From Octopus sinensis (Eukaryota): a stretch of 64,000 bases of DNA. The notes under the pieces were generated by a model. That model saw only the letters and a list, made by a program, of their open reading frames with translations, did no database searches and was not told the DNA's origin. Below are positions 11,975 to 25,253 of the stretch, piece by piece. The stretch covers positions 101,804,001 to 101,868,000 of the forward strand of contig NC_042999.1 in the NCBI RefSeq assembly GCF_006345805.1, given 5' to 3'. The first letter of the stretch is position 1; each line of letters begins with the position of its first letter. A program made the position numbers and the translations under genes.

Positions 11975-12150
11975 GGAGGAGGATAGTCGATTACATCAAC
12001 CCCAGTGTTTCACTGGTACTTAATTTATCAATCCCGAAAGGATGAAAAGCAAAGTTGACCTCAGCAGAATTTGAACTCAGAATGTAGCAACGGGCGAAAT
12101 ACCACTAAGCATTTCGTCCAGCATGCTAACAATTCTGCCAGCTCACTGCC
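11975..12150 (-). mobile_element. tRNA-derived SINE family B (ggcagtgagctggcagaattgttagc...gagttcaaattc)
   Basis: Close match to 22805-23021 (-), 53120-53300 (+) and 40985-41110 (+, partial). It has a B-box-like gagttcaaattc. Confidence 0.75.
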
Positions 12151-13319
12151 TGGGAAGCCCATCATATATGTGTATATAAGTGTGTGCATGTATGTTTGTT
12201 TATCTCCCATACACATATATGACAACCAGTGTTGGTTTGTTTATGTCCTTATAACAGAACAGTTTGGCAAAAGAGACCAATAGAATAAATACTAGATTTA
12301 AAAGTACTAGGGGTGTTGGTCTACTAAACTCATCAATGTAATGCTCAATCATGGCCACATTCCAATAACAGAAACAAAGGTAAAATAGTAAAAGGTATCT
12401 GAAAACTAATAGAGACAATCAGTAACAACCTCTGTTTTCTTTACTACTTAGTTTTTTCCTCTGTTTCTCAGCAACCATCTATATTTCTGTAGACTCAGAA
12501 CAACTGGAGATCTGTTTGTGTATGTAACTCATCAGCATTTAATCATCCTCGAGAACTTCAACAAATGCTTTTATTCTTGCCTGCAACAAAATTTTTGTAT
12601 ATAACATAAGAACCTCATAGCTATGTTGTAGATTAGCTCCTGGAAATCCCATACCAAACACACCTATAATCAAAGGAATTCCAGTCGTGACTATCTTATC
12701 TTTTCCCAATGTGCAAGAAACTCAGGTATACATTATCCAACATGTCCTTTTTTAGGAATAGAGGTTATATGAGATTTAGCAAACTGAGCAACCACATTAC
12801 ACCTCCTTCCATAGGTCTGTTACATGTATGGGGACCATATTCAACACGAGAACCTCAGTTATGTTGCCAGCCATGAGGGAGTCCTGTCAAACTGTGCCAA
12901 TGGCAAGCACTTATTCACCAACCCACTCCAACCTCTAGCCCTGTTTCTTCCATCTGCTTTTGTTCCTCAAAGTTAGCTTATTGTATACCACCTCCATCTG
13001 ACATAGTTTCAAAGACTTATGCTGACTTGTATCCTCAATTCTTCATCTCTTTGGAATTTATTAAATAAATGGCAGCAACTTAGATAAATTCTGAAAGTCC
13101 TTCTGTTATCTGCTAAAATAGATCCAGAAACAGGTCCCATACAATACATCTGTAAAAACTTCATACTAAAATATACATGCAATAATTTATTATTTTTTTT
13201 ATTATGGATAATGTGGTAAATATACACAAATATGACAGAATGAAATACTTTACATCACAGAACTACTAGATCTGGGGGTTTTTTTTTGTTTTTGTTTTTA
13301 TATATTTGCTGGGTTCGGA

Positions 13320-13560
13320 AGAAGGGCCAGTGACAAAGGCCTTTGCAAGCCCCATCCCTTAGATCAGTGAGACTGATGCCAGTGAAGGTTTCTAATTAAC
13401 CTTTCCAAGTCAACACCTACAGAAAAGACATGAACAGGGACAAAACACCAGAGGGCTGATGTTCTAAAAAAGGAAGACTGGTTGCGGTGATTACTGTGGA
13501 GCCAGATGGTGGGGTTGCACCCAACAAGGGTAATGAGGAGGAGGAGACACAAATGTGTTG
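13320..13560 (-). mobile_element. CR1/Jockey-like LINE 3' end
   Basis: RNQSSFFRTSALWCFVPVHVFSVGVDLERLIRNL resembles the LINE terminal motif SFFPRTS.LWN.LP..VFP...DL..FK. It matches 62298-62560. Confidence 0.65.
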
Positions 13561-14033
13561 GAAATGCCCGAGTGGAGATAACATGAGCCTAGCAGCTATT
13601 TAATTAATAAATTAACAGGTAATTAAATTTAATCAAATTAAGCAGAAGCTATTAGATTAATCTGGAATTCCACAATACTATAATAATTACATGTATCCAC
13701 AACTTCATTCTTCTGATTCAATAATACACAATATATATATAACTGCTAAAAATGTTGTCACTATTTTTCTCTCCTGTTTTCTTGCTTGTTTCTTGCATTG
13801 TCCATATTTGCTATGTCAGAAACTAGGAATTTCAAATATTTTCTTTAGTAAATTTAAACCAAAGTTTAAAATAAATAAACATCAAATTTGTTTTTTTTTA
13901 GCAAGATATTTGGATAAGTACTATAAAGGTCCGTATATAATACACCTTCTGATTTTCAGTCCCAAATCATTTTAAACCCATAACATCAGTTATGTTATAG
14001 GTTTAATCTACTATAATCTATACTAAGATAATA

Positions 14034-14195
14034 GGCACAGGTCTATCTGTGTGGTCTAGAAGTTCACTTTCCAATCACATGGTTTTGGCTTCAATTCCAC
14101 TGTGTGGTACCTTGGACAAGTATTTTTTACAATAGCTCTGAGCTGACTAAAGTCTTGTGAGTGGATTTGGTAGATAGAAGCTAAAACAATTGCCT
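14034..14195 (+). mobile_element. SINE family A copy
   Basis: ctgtgtggtctagaag...ttcaattccactgtgtggtaccttggacaagt...gtgagtggatttggtaga. Confidence 0.75.
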
Positions 14196-15090
14196 TATAT
14201 GCTTGTTTGTGTGTGTTATGCTTGTTTTTACATTATGTGATAATTGTAAATGTCCCAGTCATACAAGTGGCATCATTCATTTTCAATCTTTCATGAAAAC
14301 ATGTCCGGTCATGGGAAATAATAGATCATTTGGAAACAAGTGCAGATTGGAGACAGGAAGGGCATCCAGCCATAGAAAATCTGCTTCAACAAATTCCATC
14401 TGACCCATGCAAGCACAAAAAAGTGAACATTAAAATGATGGCAATACTGATATACAATAAAGTGAATTCTATGATTTTTCTTTTAACTAAATTCTACAAG
14501 TCTTGGACAAGTGCCTTCTCAGACCAACCAAAACTTTCTGAACAAATTTGATAGATGGAAATTGAAAGAAGACTTGTGTGTATGTATCACCATCATGATA
14601 GACAGTCTTCTTTTCATGCCCACTTTTCTCTGCTTGCAGGAGTCAAATAGAATTTGCCAAAGCAGATTTTCTACAGTTCAAAGCTTACCTCTTCCAAGCA
14701 AGGCCAGGCCAGACATGTTTTCAGAGACAATTGGAAATAAAGGACACTGCTTGTATAATGTGTGTGCATGTGCATCTTGAAATCATGTACTAATTGTAAA
14801 CAAACATTATAGTCAATGTGTTTGCAATCTTCCATAAAAGTATTTGACCTGGAAAATATTAACTTGCTTGGAAACAGAAAGAACATCTGGCCATACAGAA
14901 TTTGCTTCAATTAATTTCATCTGATCCATGCAAGCATGGAAAGGTGGAGTTTTTGTCATATATAGCCCAGAACTGTTTAACATGTTACACGATGGGTGAA
15001 CTATGGGTTAGATAAAAAAAAAAAAAATTTTTAAATCACAAAAGTATGTTTTCATACACAAAGTCACATAACACAATCTCCATCAAATAT

Positions 15091-15250
15091 AGGTGCAAGT
15101 ATGCCTGTGTGTTAAGAAATTTATTTCTCAACATCTCGGGTTCAATTCCACTGTATGACACCTTGGGCAAGTATCTTACTATAGCTCTGAACCAACCTAA
15201 GCCTTGTGAGTGGAATTTGTAGACGGAAACTGAAAGAAGCTCATCATATA
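15091..15250 (+). mobile_element. SINE family A copy
   Basis: gggttcaattccactgtatgacaccttgggcaagt...gtagacggaaactgaaagaagc. Confidence 0.75.
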
Positions 15251-17064
15251 TATTTGTGTGTGTGTATTTGCACATGCTGTTGCTGTCTCCTTGCTTTAAC
15301 AATGCATAATAGTTTTTTAACTGTCACAATCATGCAGGTAATGTCCTTATTTGGAAACACAGGAAATATGTGAGAGTTGGTGACAGGAAGAGCATCTGAT
15401 TGTAGAAAATCCACGTCAACAAATTCTGTTCAACTCATGCAAGCATGGAAAAGTGGACATTAAATGATGAGGTGATTAACAGCTATTGTGGATAAGGTAG
15501 CAAAAATAAAAATCAGGGTATTTAATTTCCAAATTGTTTAGTCCATTAATAGCTGTAATATTAAAAGCTTGCTGTGAGTTTGGAAAAGGCAATGAGAAAA
15601 CATTCCTTTGTCATCTTTAGAATTACTGTATGATAACCAGTTCTTCAGTGATACTTCAAGTACCAACAGAGTAACATGATGATGCAGAAATAAAACTTCC
15701 TTAATACTGGGATAAATATTACTTTTGATTATGTAATAGAATGGGAAAGGTACACATTAAACAAACCTCTATTTGTATTTTAATTACTTCCACAATTTAG
15801 ATCCCATGGGGTCCAAAGTAACTAATGTCATAAAGATTGGATTCAAACTGGTTATATCTGCCCCTTAAAAAATACTGATATAGCAAAACTTCATATTGAG
15901 CAATATGGTTCCGCCACTCCAGAGTTTAAAAAAAAAAAAAAACATTTACATCACATACTAATAGTATGAAACAAACAAGACACTTTTATAACTGACCATA
16001 ATTTACTTCCATTACAAATCATCCTCAGTATTTAAGAATATGTATTTTAAAATTGTATTTTCATGTGTTAGTCACTACTTGGCACCAAGATAAAACACTG
16101 CCAGAAACAAAGAGAAATTAAGAAAAGGAAAGCTTTGTTACCAAGAGAAATGTGGAAAGCTGTCTTTTCATGGTTTGGGAATTAACATAACATATGGAAG
16201 GAGTTGATGTCTTATTAGATTTCAGTATCATAAGAGGTGAAAAACGAAATGAGAGAGAGAGAGAGAGAATCTGCCTGTAGGTTAAGACCACTGTAGGCAG
16301 GGCCATATAAACTCAATTTAGAATTAGAATTTTCTTCAAATTTAGATAATAAAAAGGATATAATTATCTCCTCCTTGTTTTAGATCGAAATTCTAATTAA
16401 CATACACTTAGAAAAACAACGCAAGAAGTTTTCAGACACAAACTCTCTAGAATACCATTTGAAAGTTCAAGAATCTTATTAAATAGTTCAAAACAGAGAA
16501 ATGAATAAATAAAAATAAATAAATACAACAGCTAAAATAATAAAAAAAATTTGCCTAGACTTTTCATCCATTGGCTTTATTTTATCAGAAAGGTATATAG
16601 TATATTGGAAATTGCTAAGAATAAAAATGATAAAAATTCCATTTATCTGGTAATTATTTCAAATGTAACAAAAAAAAAAAAAAAAAAAAAAAAAAAGGAA
16701 AGTTTTCAATGTTAATGTCAGGTTTTTATGATGGAATAATATTAACTTTTATCATATGCTTACAAAAGCAATATTATACATTTTGCTTAATAGCAAAAAA
16801 GATTCCCAAGGAGATTAATTCCTTTGAGTAAGAATTTAAAAAAAAAAAGAAAAAAAAAAGAATTTTTAAAATTCTATTTTGAAAATATTTTTAAAGACAA
16901 TTTCTCTGAAAAATATTTCTTTTAATTAATTATATGAACAAAAAATATCAAAAGAAATAAGTCAATTATGAACTTTCATTTGTTAATTTAAAAAAAAAAA
17001 GATCAAAATAGACTTTACATTCACCCATTTACACTTAAATTCTCACATATATTTCCTTGCAGTA

Positions 17065-17071
<7 letters not shown>

Positions 17072-17121
<50 letters not shown>
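17072..17121. repeat. (TA)n microsatellite
   Basis: Direct read of the sequence. Confidence 0.95.
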
Positions 17122-17126
<5 letters not shown>

Positions 17127-20094
17127 TGCAAATTTAGGCCAAAACTCAAATAAAAACATAGCTTTGCATAGGGGTTTTCAGTTAAAGAGGCATGTGTCTA
17201 TTTCCAAATAGGACGCAATCAGTATATAATTCCTATTGCTTTCTTTCAGAAGACTAATAAAATTCAATGAACTTTGAACTTTTCTTTGCAAATATCTTTT
17301 AATTATATCATTTTCTTAACAGGCAACAAAACTGCTAACATTATTGCAGTACAATACTCTTGATGTGCCTATCTATGTTTTACGCATATATAGACATAAA
17401 TTCAAGAAAGAGAACGGTATACAACTAGATTTCACTGGTATGGACTGAAATTCAATGATAAATCAATAGGTCTTTTAAAAAAATTATCCCTTTCTGAAAA
17501 ACAAATTTAAAATGTTTTCTTTTGTTTCATTAATAAAATATTTCCACTGGGTTAAAAAAAAAAATGAAAGGAAACAAAAAAAAAATGAAATTTAGTTCTT
17601 AGACTTTATAAAAAGGTTTCATTTTTTTTCTAAAAAGTTTAAGACATGAAAGTTATCCATATATTCCTTTGTAGAAGATGATATTAAGTATAACAGAAAT
17701 ATTTGTGACTGAGTGTGTAGAATTAAGAAGTTTCCATTTCCCTTTCTCTGTATATCTTAATCTTGCACCGTTACACAACTCTTTTTGCTATGAGTAGCTT
17801 TAATTTTTGTCTGCTGCCATCTGTAGCATCTACTTATATAATTGGCAGTGTTTCCTTCACTCTCTCTGTTTGTCCATCCTCTTGACAAGCACATCAAAGG
17901 CAATTAGCTACTATGCTACTTTCACTATCTCTGTGTTTGGTTAAAACACAAACAAGTCACTTAGCTGTATACTGAGTAGAAATGTACATTATACATTTAG
18001 CTAACCATGTATAAATTGTACACGTGTGTGTAATTGTATGTATATTTTGTTAAATGATAAAGAACATGTAGTGTACTTGATTAATCCCTTTAATTACAGT
18101 TTGGGACATTTTCCATGGATAACCACCAGTTATTCTGCATTAGTAATAGAGTTATTACGATATGAATTTTGCTTTCATACTGATCATTTCAACATCTATT
18201 TCTCATATTTGCAGGGTTTAATGTTTAAATCTAAACTTTTTATATATAGTTTTCTACATTACTCTTTTTAACTAAATAAACATGAGTTAGTAGAAGGAAA
18301 ATATTAGAAATCAAGTTTCAACTGACACTTAAGATTTAAAATTCTTGCTTTCATTTAAGTTTCTTGGTGAGTTTCTTAGTAGTAAGATTCAATAATGACA
18401 AAAATAAACACTGAAGAATAGTCTAAATGCAGTTCTTAGTATATTAAACCAATTCTTCAAATAATAAAAAGAAAATAGACTTTTCCAGTAAAAATTAAAC
18501 TTTCAACAAAGACATTCAACCTGCTGGTACCTGAAATGTAAGAACAAGGTTTTATTTTCTTGTATAAACCATTCTCTTTAGTCTTTATTATATTCATCAT
18601 TGAATCTTCCTTCAACAAAACTTATCAATAAACTTCCATGATATCACACACACACACGTCTGTGTATGTAACCTGACAGACAATATCGTCATAAAAACAA
18701 AACTTTAAATAAAAATTTAAACCCCACAAAGACATGCTGATGAAAAATAGATTCTGAAATGAGAAGATTATAATCAAGAAAAGGAAATCCATATCTGGAA
18801 AATAACTAGCTACTGGAATATATACAGAAGTGTTGCTATGAAAGCTGAATTCCCCCACCTCACACTATACACACACAAAGAAAACTGATATTCACTGGAA
18901 AAACCATGTTGCCAGAAGAAAAAATTATGAAATACAAAGAGTGAGATTAGTGAAGTGAGTGACATTCTATAACCTTTAGATTCAATAACAGTGTATGTTT
19001 TAGTAAACTAAGACATTGAAATGGAAAAATATTTCCTGCCTGTAATAGCTGACAAACTTATCAAAGCATAGCATAGTATTGCAGTTAGTCTTCACAATGA
19101 ACAAATTGTAGTTGCTTTAACATATCTTAATGAACAGGCATACCAAAGAAATTCATTGAAAAACAGAACTGGGATTCTTCAAGTGAAAAATTCAACTTAG
19201 AGTTTTTGCTTATTTTGTGATACAAAAACAAAAGTACTCAATATTGCCTTTGTGTTAGAAGTGTGCAGAGTCTGAGATAGATTTATTCATATGCTTATTA
19301 GTTTGTTTTAGCCACCACAACCAAGGCCACTCTGGAGCACCACCTTATATGAGATAAACACAATTACATAATTATACAAAACATAGTTTTTATTCTATCA
19401 GCACTCAGCACTTTAGTCAACTGTACACATCACAGAGTTGAGAAGAAAAAGGAAATATATCATTTGATGAGTACAAGAAACCAAAACACCGACAATTGAA
19501 CAAATATGTCTTGAATAATAATGTAATCTAGTTTATGTATGAATAAATACACACACACACACTGAGATGAAGAAAGTAGATTCCATTTCAACTTGTTAAA
19601 GGTTCTTATAGTTATAAATTCTTGCTTAAAGTTCTAACTGGGTCAGTCAATGTAGACAAACTTTTCAAAGGAAAAGTTCAATAAACAATTTTGATAGCCT
19701 TATAGTATCTAAAACAATACTGAGGAAGAAAATGAGTTAATAAATAAAATAGCTACAAATATACAAGTATATCAAACGGTCTATCAGAAGAGAGGCAGTG
19801 TGTGTGTGTAGAAAGACAGACATAGGTGTGTGTGTATGGATAGATACACCCTTACAGATAGCTAGGCAGACAAACTGAAACTCAATCACAAATAATGTAA
19901 GAAGTCAAATTTCAAAGAGAAAGTTATTCCTGTATTTTCATCAGAATTGACAACTAGACTGTTGGAAGAAAGAAGAAAAAGAAGAAGCAATGTATCTTAT
20001 TTTGCATTTATACAGTCCATCAAGCATTAAAGAAGACAGACACAGAAAAATCACCTTTGATAAAATGCATTGTAAGTTTTGAAAATTATGTACA

Positions 20095-20213
20095 TTTTAT
20101 ATATGTGTGTATATATGTATACACATATATATACATATCTGTGTGTATATATGCATACACATATATACATATCTGTGTGTGTATATGCATACACATATAT
20201 ACATATCTGTGTG

Positions 20214-20256
<43 letters not shown>

Positions 20257-20334
20257 ATATATGTATGCACATATATATATATATATATATGCACATATAT
20301 ATATATGTATGCACACATATATATATATATATGC

Positions 20335-20367
<33 letters not shown>

Positions 20368-20480
20368 CACATTCATATGTACATAGATATAGACATCATA
20401 TGCATAGACACAAATACATGTAGATGTGTGTCTGTATATATCTATATATATATGTGTGTGTGTATGTGTATATGTACCAC
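20095..20480. repeat. Compound (TA)/(TG)/(CA) microsatellite with a ~30-bp higher-order unit
   Basis: catatatacatatctgtgtgtrtatatgcataca occurs about 3 times (20120-20215), followed by (TG)n and (TA)n blocks. Confidence 0.9.
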
Positions 20481-21396
20481 ACAAACATACTCATCATTAA
20501 AAAAAGAACTTTTTCTCATAGAGGATATGTGATACCCATGCACAACCTGAGTGTGCTCCACATCATAACCATTATACACATGCACAAAATGCATTCAGAC
20601 TAAAAAGTTTAGCTTAAAGAGTAGAAAACATGAATGCAAAACAACAAATAAAGGGGGAAAGAGATTTGAAGGGCAATAGAAATAGATGTAAACCCTCCTA
20701 TTAATGACATTTTTTTTCTATCTTCCAAGATTAAGATGAAAGGTCACCGATGGCTTTTTGAAACAGTCTAGCATGCTACTTATGTAATCAAATGTCCATG
20801 AGGGGGGAAACAAATTTGGTACATTTATTAAAAAAATGGAAAGAGTCCAGTAAAGAATCCAGGTCTATCATTGAACCATTAGATTCTGGTTTTAGTCCAA
20901 AAGCAGAAAATGATATAAGAGAGTATGTGTGCATGTATGTTTGTGTACTTGTGCGCATGCCTTTTCTGTAATTTTCGAGTTTAAGATTAAAAAAGTGGGG
21001 TGGGAGGCGCAGAAAAGGTCAGATTTACAAAAGTTGCAAAAGGCATGTGTGCGTGTTTGCATCTACATGCACACAAACTCACAAGCACACACACACATGT
21101 ACACACACATAAATACATACATACATACAATATTTGGCAGTAGCCAAAGATGATCCAAACCACCTAAAAGCATCAATTTTCAATGACTTCTATCCAAATG
21201 TAGCAATGATGGAGTATTACAGGTATCCCTGTTTAATTTGAAAATGTAACCTGTAGGTCACGCCCATCTTTTATCAGTTACATTTGCATAAAGATCATAG
21301 GTACCACTGCCCAGTCAACTTGTACATACTATACATTATGTGCAAGCATATATATATATATACATATATATAACACACACACATACGCATACATCA

Positions 21397-21440
<44 letters not shown>

Positions 21441-21840
21441 ATGTATGTATGGAAGAGTGTGTGAATATATGTATAGTAAATGTAAACATACTGTCCTTCA
21501 TATCAAAGTGGAACTCTTAAGTCTTCTGAAAAAATATTTTATACACTGCAGGTTACCATACAATTAGTGTTAGTACTGTTAGAAAATGTACAACTAACAA
21601 CCAACAATGGAATAAATTGCGGTCTTTCATTTGGTTCTAGGGTAAAAAGTTTTCCATTTTCCACCCTTAGTATTATTATTATTAATATTATTATTATTAT
21701 TCATTTTCCCCCTTCTGTTCAATTTTTAAAAATTTGTTTTTCATAATTTTTTTTGCTTTTGTTTTTGTTGTTACAGTCATAGTATGTATGGTTTTGGCAG
21801 CATCATTTTATTTGTTGATGTTGCTATCATCATCATTATT

Positions 21841-21846
21841 TTTATT
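21841..21846 (-). terminator. Candidate proximal polyadenylation signal (AATAAA) for ACTR3
   Basis: tttatt on the + strand about 43 nt past the stop codon, with a second copy at 21807-21812. The motif is common in AT-rich DNA, so support is weak. Confidence 0.3.
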
Positions 21847-21888
21847 AAAATTTAACCAGCATCAGCCCTAAATGAACCAATTGCAGAA

Positions 21889-21984
21889 TTACGTCATTGA
21901 GCCAAACACAGGGTTATGGCGACATATACTAGGCCCATGTTCATCATAATCGGCTTTGGTATGGCATACTTGGTAGAATTCCGG
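21889..21984 (-). CDS. ACTR3: Arp3 last coding exon (96 bp including TAA)
   Basis: [31 protein letters not shown], acceptor ttctag. Confidence 0.97.
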   Translation of the reverse strand, partial: PEFYQVCHTKADYDEHGPSICRHNPVFGSMT

Positions 21985-22049
21985 CTAGAATAGAAAAAAA
22001 TAAGTATATATACATATATATAAATAACTGGTTCTCAGATTTTCATCAA

Positions 22050-22530
22050 CACCATGATTCAAACTTTATTATTACCATTAACCATGCCTCCACCATTCAC
22101 TGCCATCCCTATCCATTTACACTCTCCTTTCACACAATCATGAACTTACCCATTTACCCTATCTTATCCTCTAATACCCAACTTCCTGTAACTGGAAGCT
22201 ATGACCTGACATCACCATCTCTCATTTTCCAACTAGGATAGCCATATATCTCCACTACTGCAAGATACCTTTATCATACTTTGACCTCTCATCATCCGGC
22301 ATAAAGCCACTTCCCTCAATACTACACTCCTCAGTTGAGGGAGTCTTGTGAGTCATTTAGTGGTCTCACTAGTGCCAATGCTATATAAAGTGGTTGATGT
22401 TGGGAAGAGCATCCAGTCATAGAAATTATGCAAAAGCAAATATTGGAGTTTGGTGAAGACTCATCAGCTCCTGTCAAACCATACAACTCATGCCAGCATG
22501 GAAAACGAGCATTAAACAATGATGATGACA
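22050..22530 (+). mobile_element. Unclassified retroelement: pyrimidine-rich body plus the (GAT)n-type tail
   Basis: cctctcatcatccggcataaagccacttccctcaatactacactcctcagttgag matches the reverse complement of 44270-44345. It ends in catgccagcatggaaaacgagcattaaacaatgatgatga. Confidence 0.6.
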
Positions 22531-22804
22531 ATATACTATGCTCTTCCTTGAGATAGGAATGTAATCCTTATTTACAACTGCTTCCACATTGGACACTTAT
22601 CTACAACTGAAGTAACTGTCTCCACAGCTAGCTGTCCTTTCAACTATCAAGGATTGGGATCTTTGCAGTCAGGTTATAGTGATATACATAAAGCATGCAT
22701 TTTGCACCAAAAGATTCTATGAGAGTTTCTCTCATGGGATCTACTACAGTAAAGTTTGTTCTGACAGAACATCCACATTTATGTGGGGATACATATTTAT
22801 TTCT

Positions 22805-23021
22805 TTATTGCCTACAGGGAGCTAAACATAGAGGGGACAAACAAGGGCAAAGGGATTAAGTCAATTACATCGACCCCAATGCATAACTAGTACTTACTTA
22901 ATCAACCCTGAAAGGATGAAAGGTAAAGTTGACCTCGGCAGAATTTGAACTTAAAACGTGGCAGACAAAATACCACTAGGCATTTCACCCGGCATGCTAA
23001 TGATTCTGCCAGCTCGCCACC
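22805..23021 (-). mobile_element. SINE family B, near full length
   Basis: ggtggcgagctggcagaatcattagcatgccgggtgaaatgcc...aagttcaaattctgccgaggtcaactttacctttcatcc. Confidence 0.8.
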
Positions 23022-24692
23022 CTGTGGGGATACATACTACCTCTCAGTTAGGCAGACTGTAGGTGCTTTGTCTTACAAGCTTTCCCTGAGAGAATACCAT
23101 AAAGATTGCATAAAACTGAACTGAAAACTTTACTGAAATATCTTACCATTTCATCACCAAGTAAAATGGCTAGTGAATGAGCCTCTAATTGGTCAATTGA
23201 TCTGCTAGAAATAGTAACTAAATCTCCTTCAAATCATATGCCATCAATGGAATGATACATTAGATAATGTAGTCCAAGATAGCATTAAAAGACAGTGACA
23301 ACTGGAGTGCTTTTGACCATAGGTTTGTTCAATCAGGCTTGACTTACAGCTAAACAACTTCAATATGTATATGATCTGATCGAAAACAATCTCTTTTAAC
23401 AAGATTTGATCATTTTTAGTGGGTGGAAAACACAGATAATATTTTGCTGGTATTAGAGTAATGATAGAAAAGAACTTGTACCCCTATTTTACTAAGTAAC
23501 AGATATTTCGGTTGAAAATCTAAAGTTTAAATTGATGAGGAGAGGAAGAATTAAAGACATTTTTACCAAAATCAATATCAATATGCAATTTTCATATTGG
23601 CCTAAATCAATATGTAGTTTTCTTTTCAAATAAGGCAGCTTCATTGGTGGGGGAGGGTTAAATAAACATACACCACATCACATATAACATTTTCATATTA
23701 TTCTAAATCAGCAAAAAATATATATCAAAGACCTAAATAGTATCTGAGGAAGAAAAATTTCCTTTCATGTCAATGAACTGGTTTTCTGGTTAATCATTTT
23801 TTAAAAAATGATTGCCTTTTGAGACTGAGATTTATATAAAAATCATATAATATAGAAGAAAATAAATAACTATATGTTGTCAGTTAACAATAACTCCATT
23901 CTATATAATATTCTTTTTATTATTTCATGTCCACTTTTCCATGCTTGCAAGGATGGAATGGTTTCTCCTTCCCTCTAATTTATTTTGGTGGTTCATTTTG
24001 TTTTATTTATTGATTGATTGATTTTGTATTTTACTGCTGAAACGTTCTTCATATCGCTGATCATTCAATGATTTTTCTTTTTTTTGTTCTTTAACAGGCA
24101 AGCTGGAACAAGCAGAATCTTGCTCAGTGATATAACAGAGTGACTAAAGTAGGATTTGCACTTAAAAACCTTTAAGTTCACAGCTATTGTATCTCTAGTT
24201 TTTATATGACATTAAATTTTGTTTAGTAATTGTAAGTTCTTTTCTAATGTTTCCAGGTTAATAATAACTTACTAGTATAAGATAAAGAAGTTTACTATGC
24301 CTGAAATTTTGAACAAAATGTATAACTTTACATATATCAGTGGCATAGTGGATAAGAGCTATATTACCCTTTGTTGAGAAATAAGATTTTTTTCACGTTT
24401 AGTTCAAATTCACTTTGTTTCTATGTACATATCCAGAAATAAGTCACCTGAGATGTAGTATAGAGGCAAATGCTAAAGAAAAGTTACTCTCTAAAGATAA
24501 TAAGGTTAATAGTAAAAACAAAATTTTCAGAAGTATCTCTGCTAAAAATATTTTAATTTTTTGCATCTCCCCAACCAATGTTCAGCTTAAAAGAGAAAAA
24601 AAAACCTTTGCTCAAAATAATGTATTACGTAGCATGGTGGGGTTAGAAGTTATTGCATAGCTAACAGGTTTTAAAGTCATTGAAATACTCAC

Positions 24693-24776
24693 CGTTGAAG
24701 CAAGCATACTACCACCAAACCAAACTGCGTAACGTTGCATGTGATGAGATATGACCTGGCATTCAATAGGTTTTGG
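24693..24776 (-). CDS. ACTR3: Arp3 exon (84 bp)
   Basis: [28 protein letters not shown], ttggcag| ... |gtgagt. Confidence 0.97.
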
Positions 24777-25253
24777 CTGCCAAAGAAAACACATAACGGT
24801 TGTAAAGAATTATTCATGAAAACAATATAATTTAATACAAAAGTTATATATCAGCTAATGAAATGTTAATATGACAAAACAAAAAAATTTGTGAAATTGC
24901 TGTTATGGAAGTTGACCAGTTTTTTATGAACAAGTGATAAATATTGAAATTTTTGCAACACACATTATTTCTACAAGTGCTTTAACCTTGTCACTGCAAA
25001 AAGCATTGTTATGTATTGATCTGTCTTTTGTTAAGGATATCATGTTACTTTTTTGTTGGAGGCATGTCTGTATATTGAGGCAACATGACTTGTAGAAAAT
25101 ACCAATTCTATTTTTTGGTAGATCATTACTAGAATAACAATGAAATTTAATTTTGCAGTTTAAGTGTTAATTGCTTATAATTTGTGAACCATATTTTTTT
25201 TTTTAACTGGTAATATTTTTGATTGACTTTAGTGTTTCTCTTCAAGAAACGTA

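Noticed and set aside
11800-12150. tRNA-like A/B boxes
   Set aside because: No complete cloverleaf is present. These are multi-copy diverged SINE heads, not tRNA genes.
14034-15250. Possible inverted SINE pair
   Set aside because: On checking, both copies are in the + orientation (direct repeats), so they cannot fold back.
16670-16697. Long poly(A) run suggesting a retrocopy tail
   Set aside because: There is no upstream retrogene or SINE body and no TSD. It is one of many A-runs in this region.
20051-20532. Six overlapping 87-141 aa ORFs rich in Y/I/C/V/H/T
   Set aside because: They are translations of (TA)/(TG)/(CA) microsatellite. The same applies to the ORFs at 8687-8941, 9239-9517 and 39070-39283.
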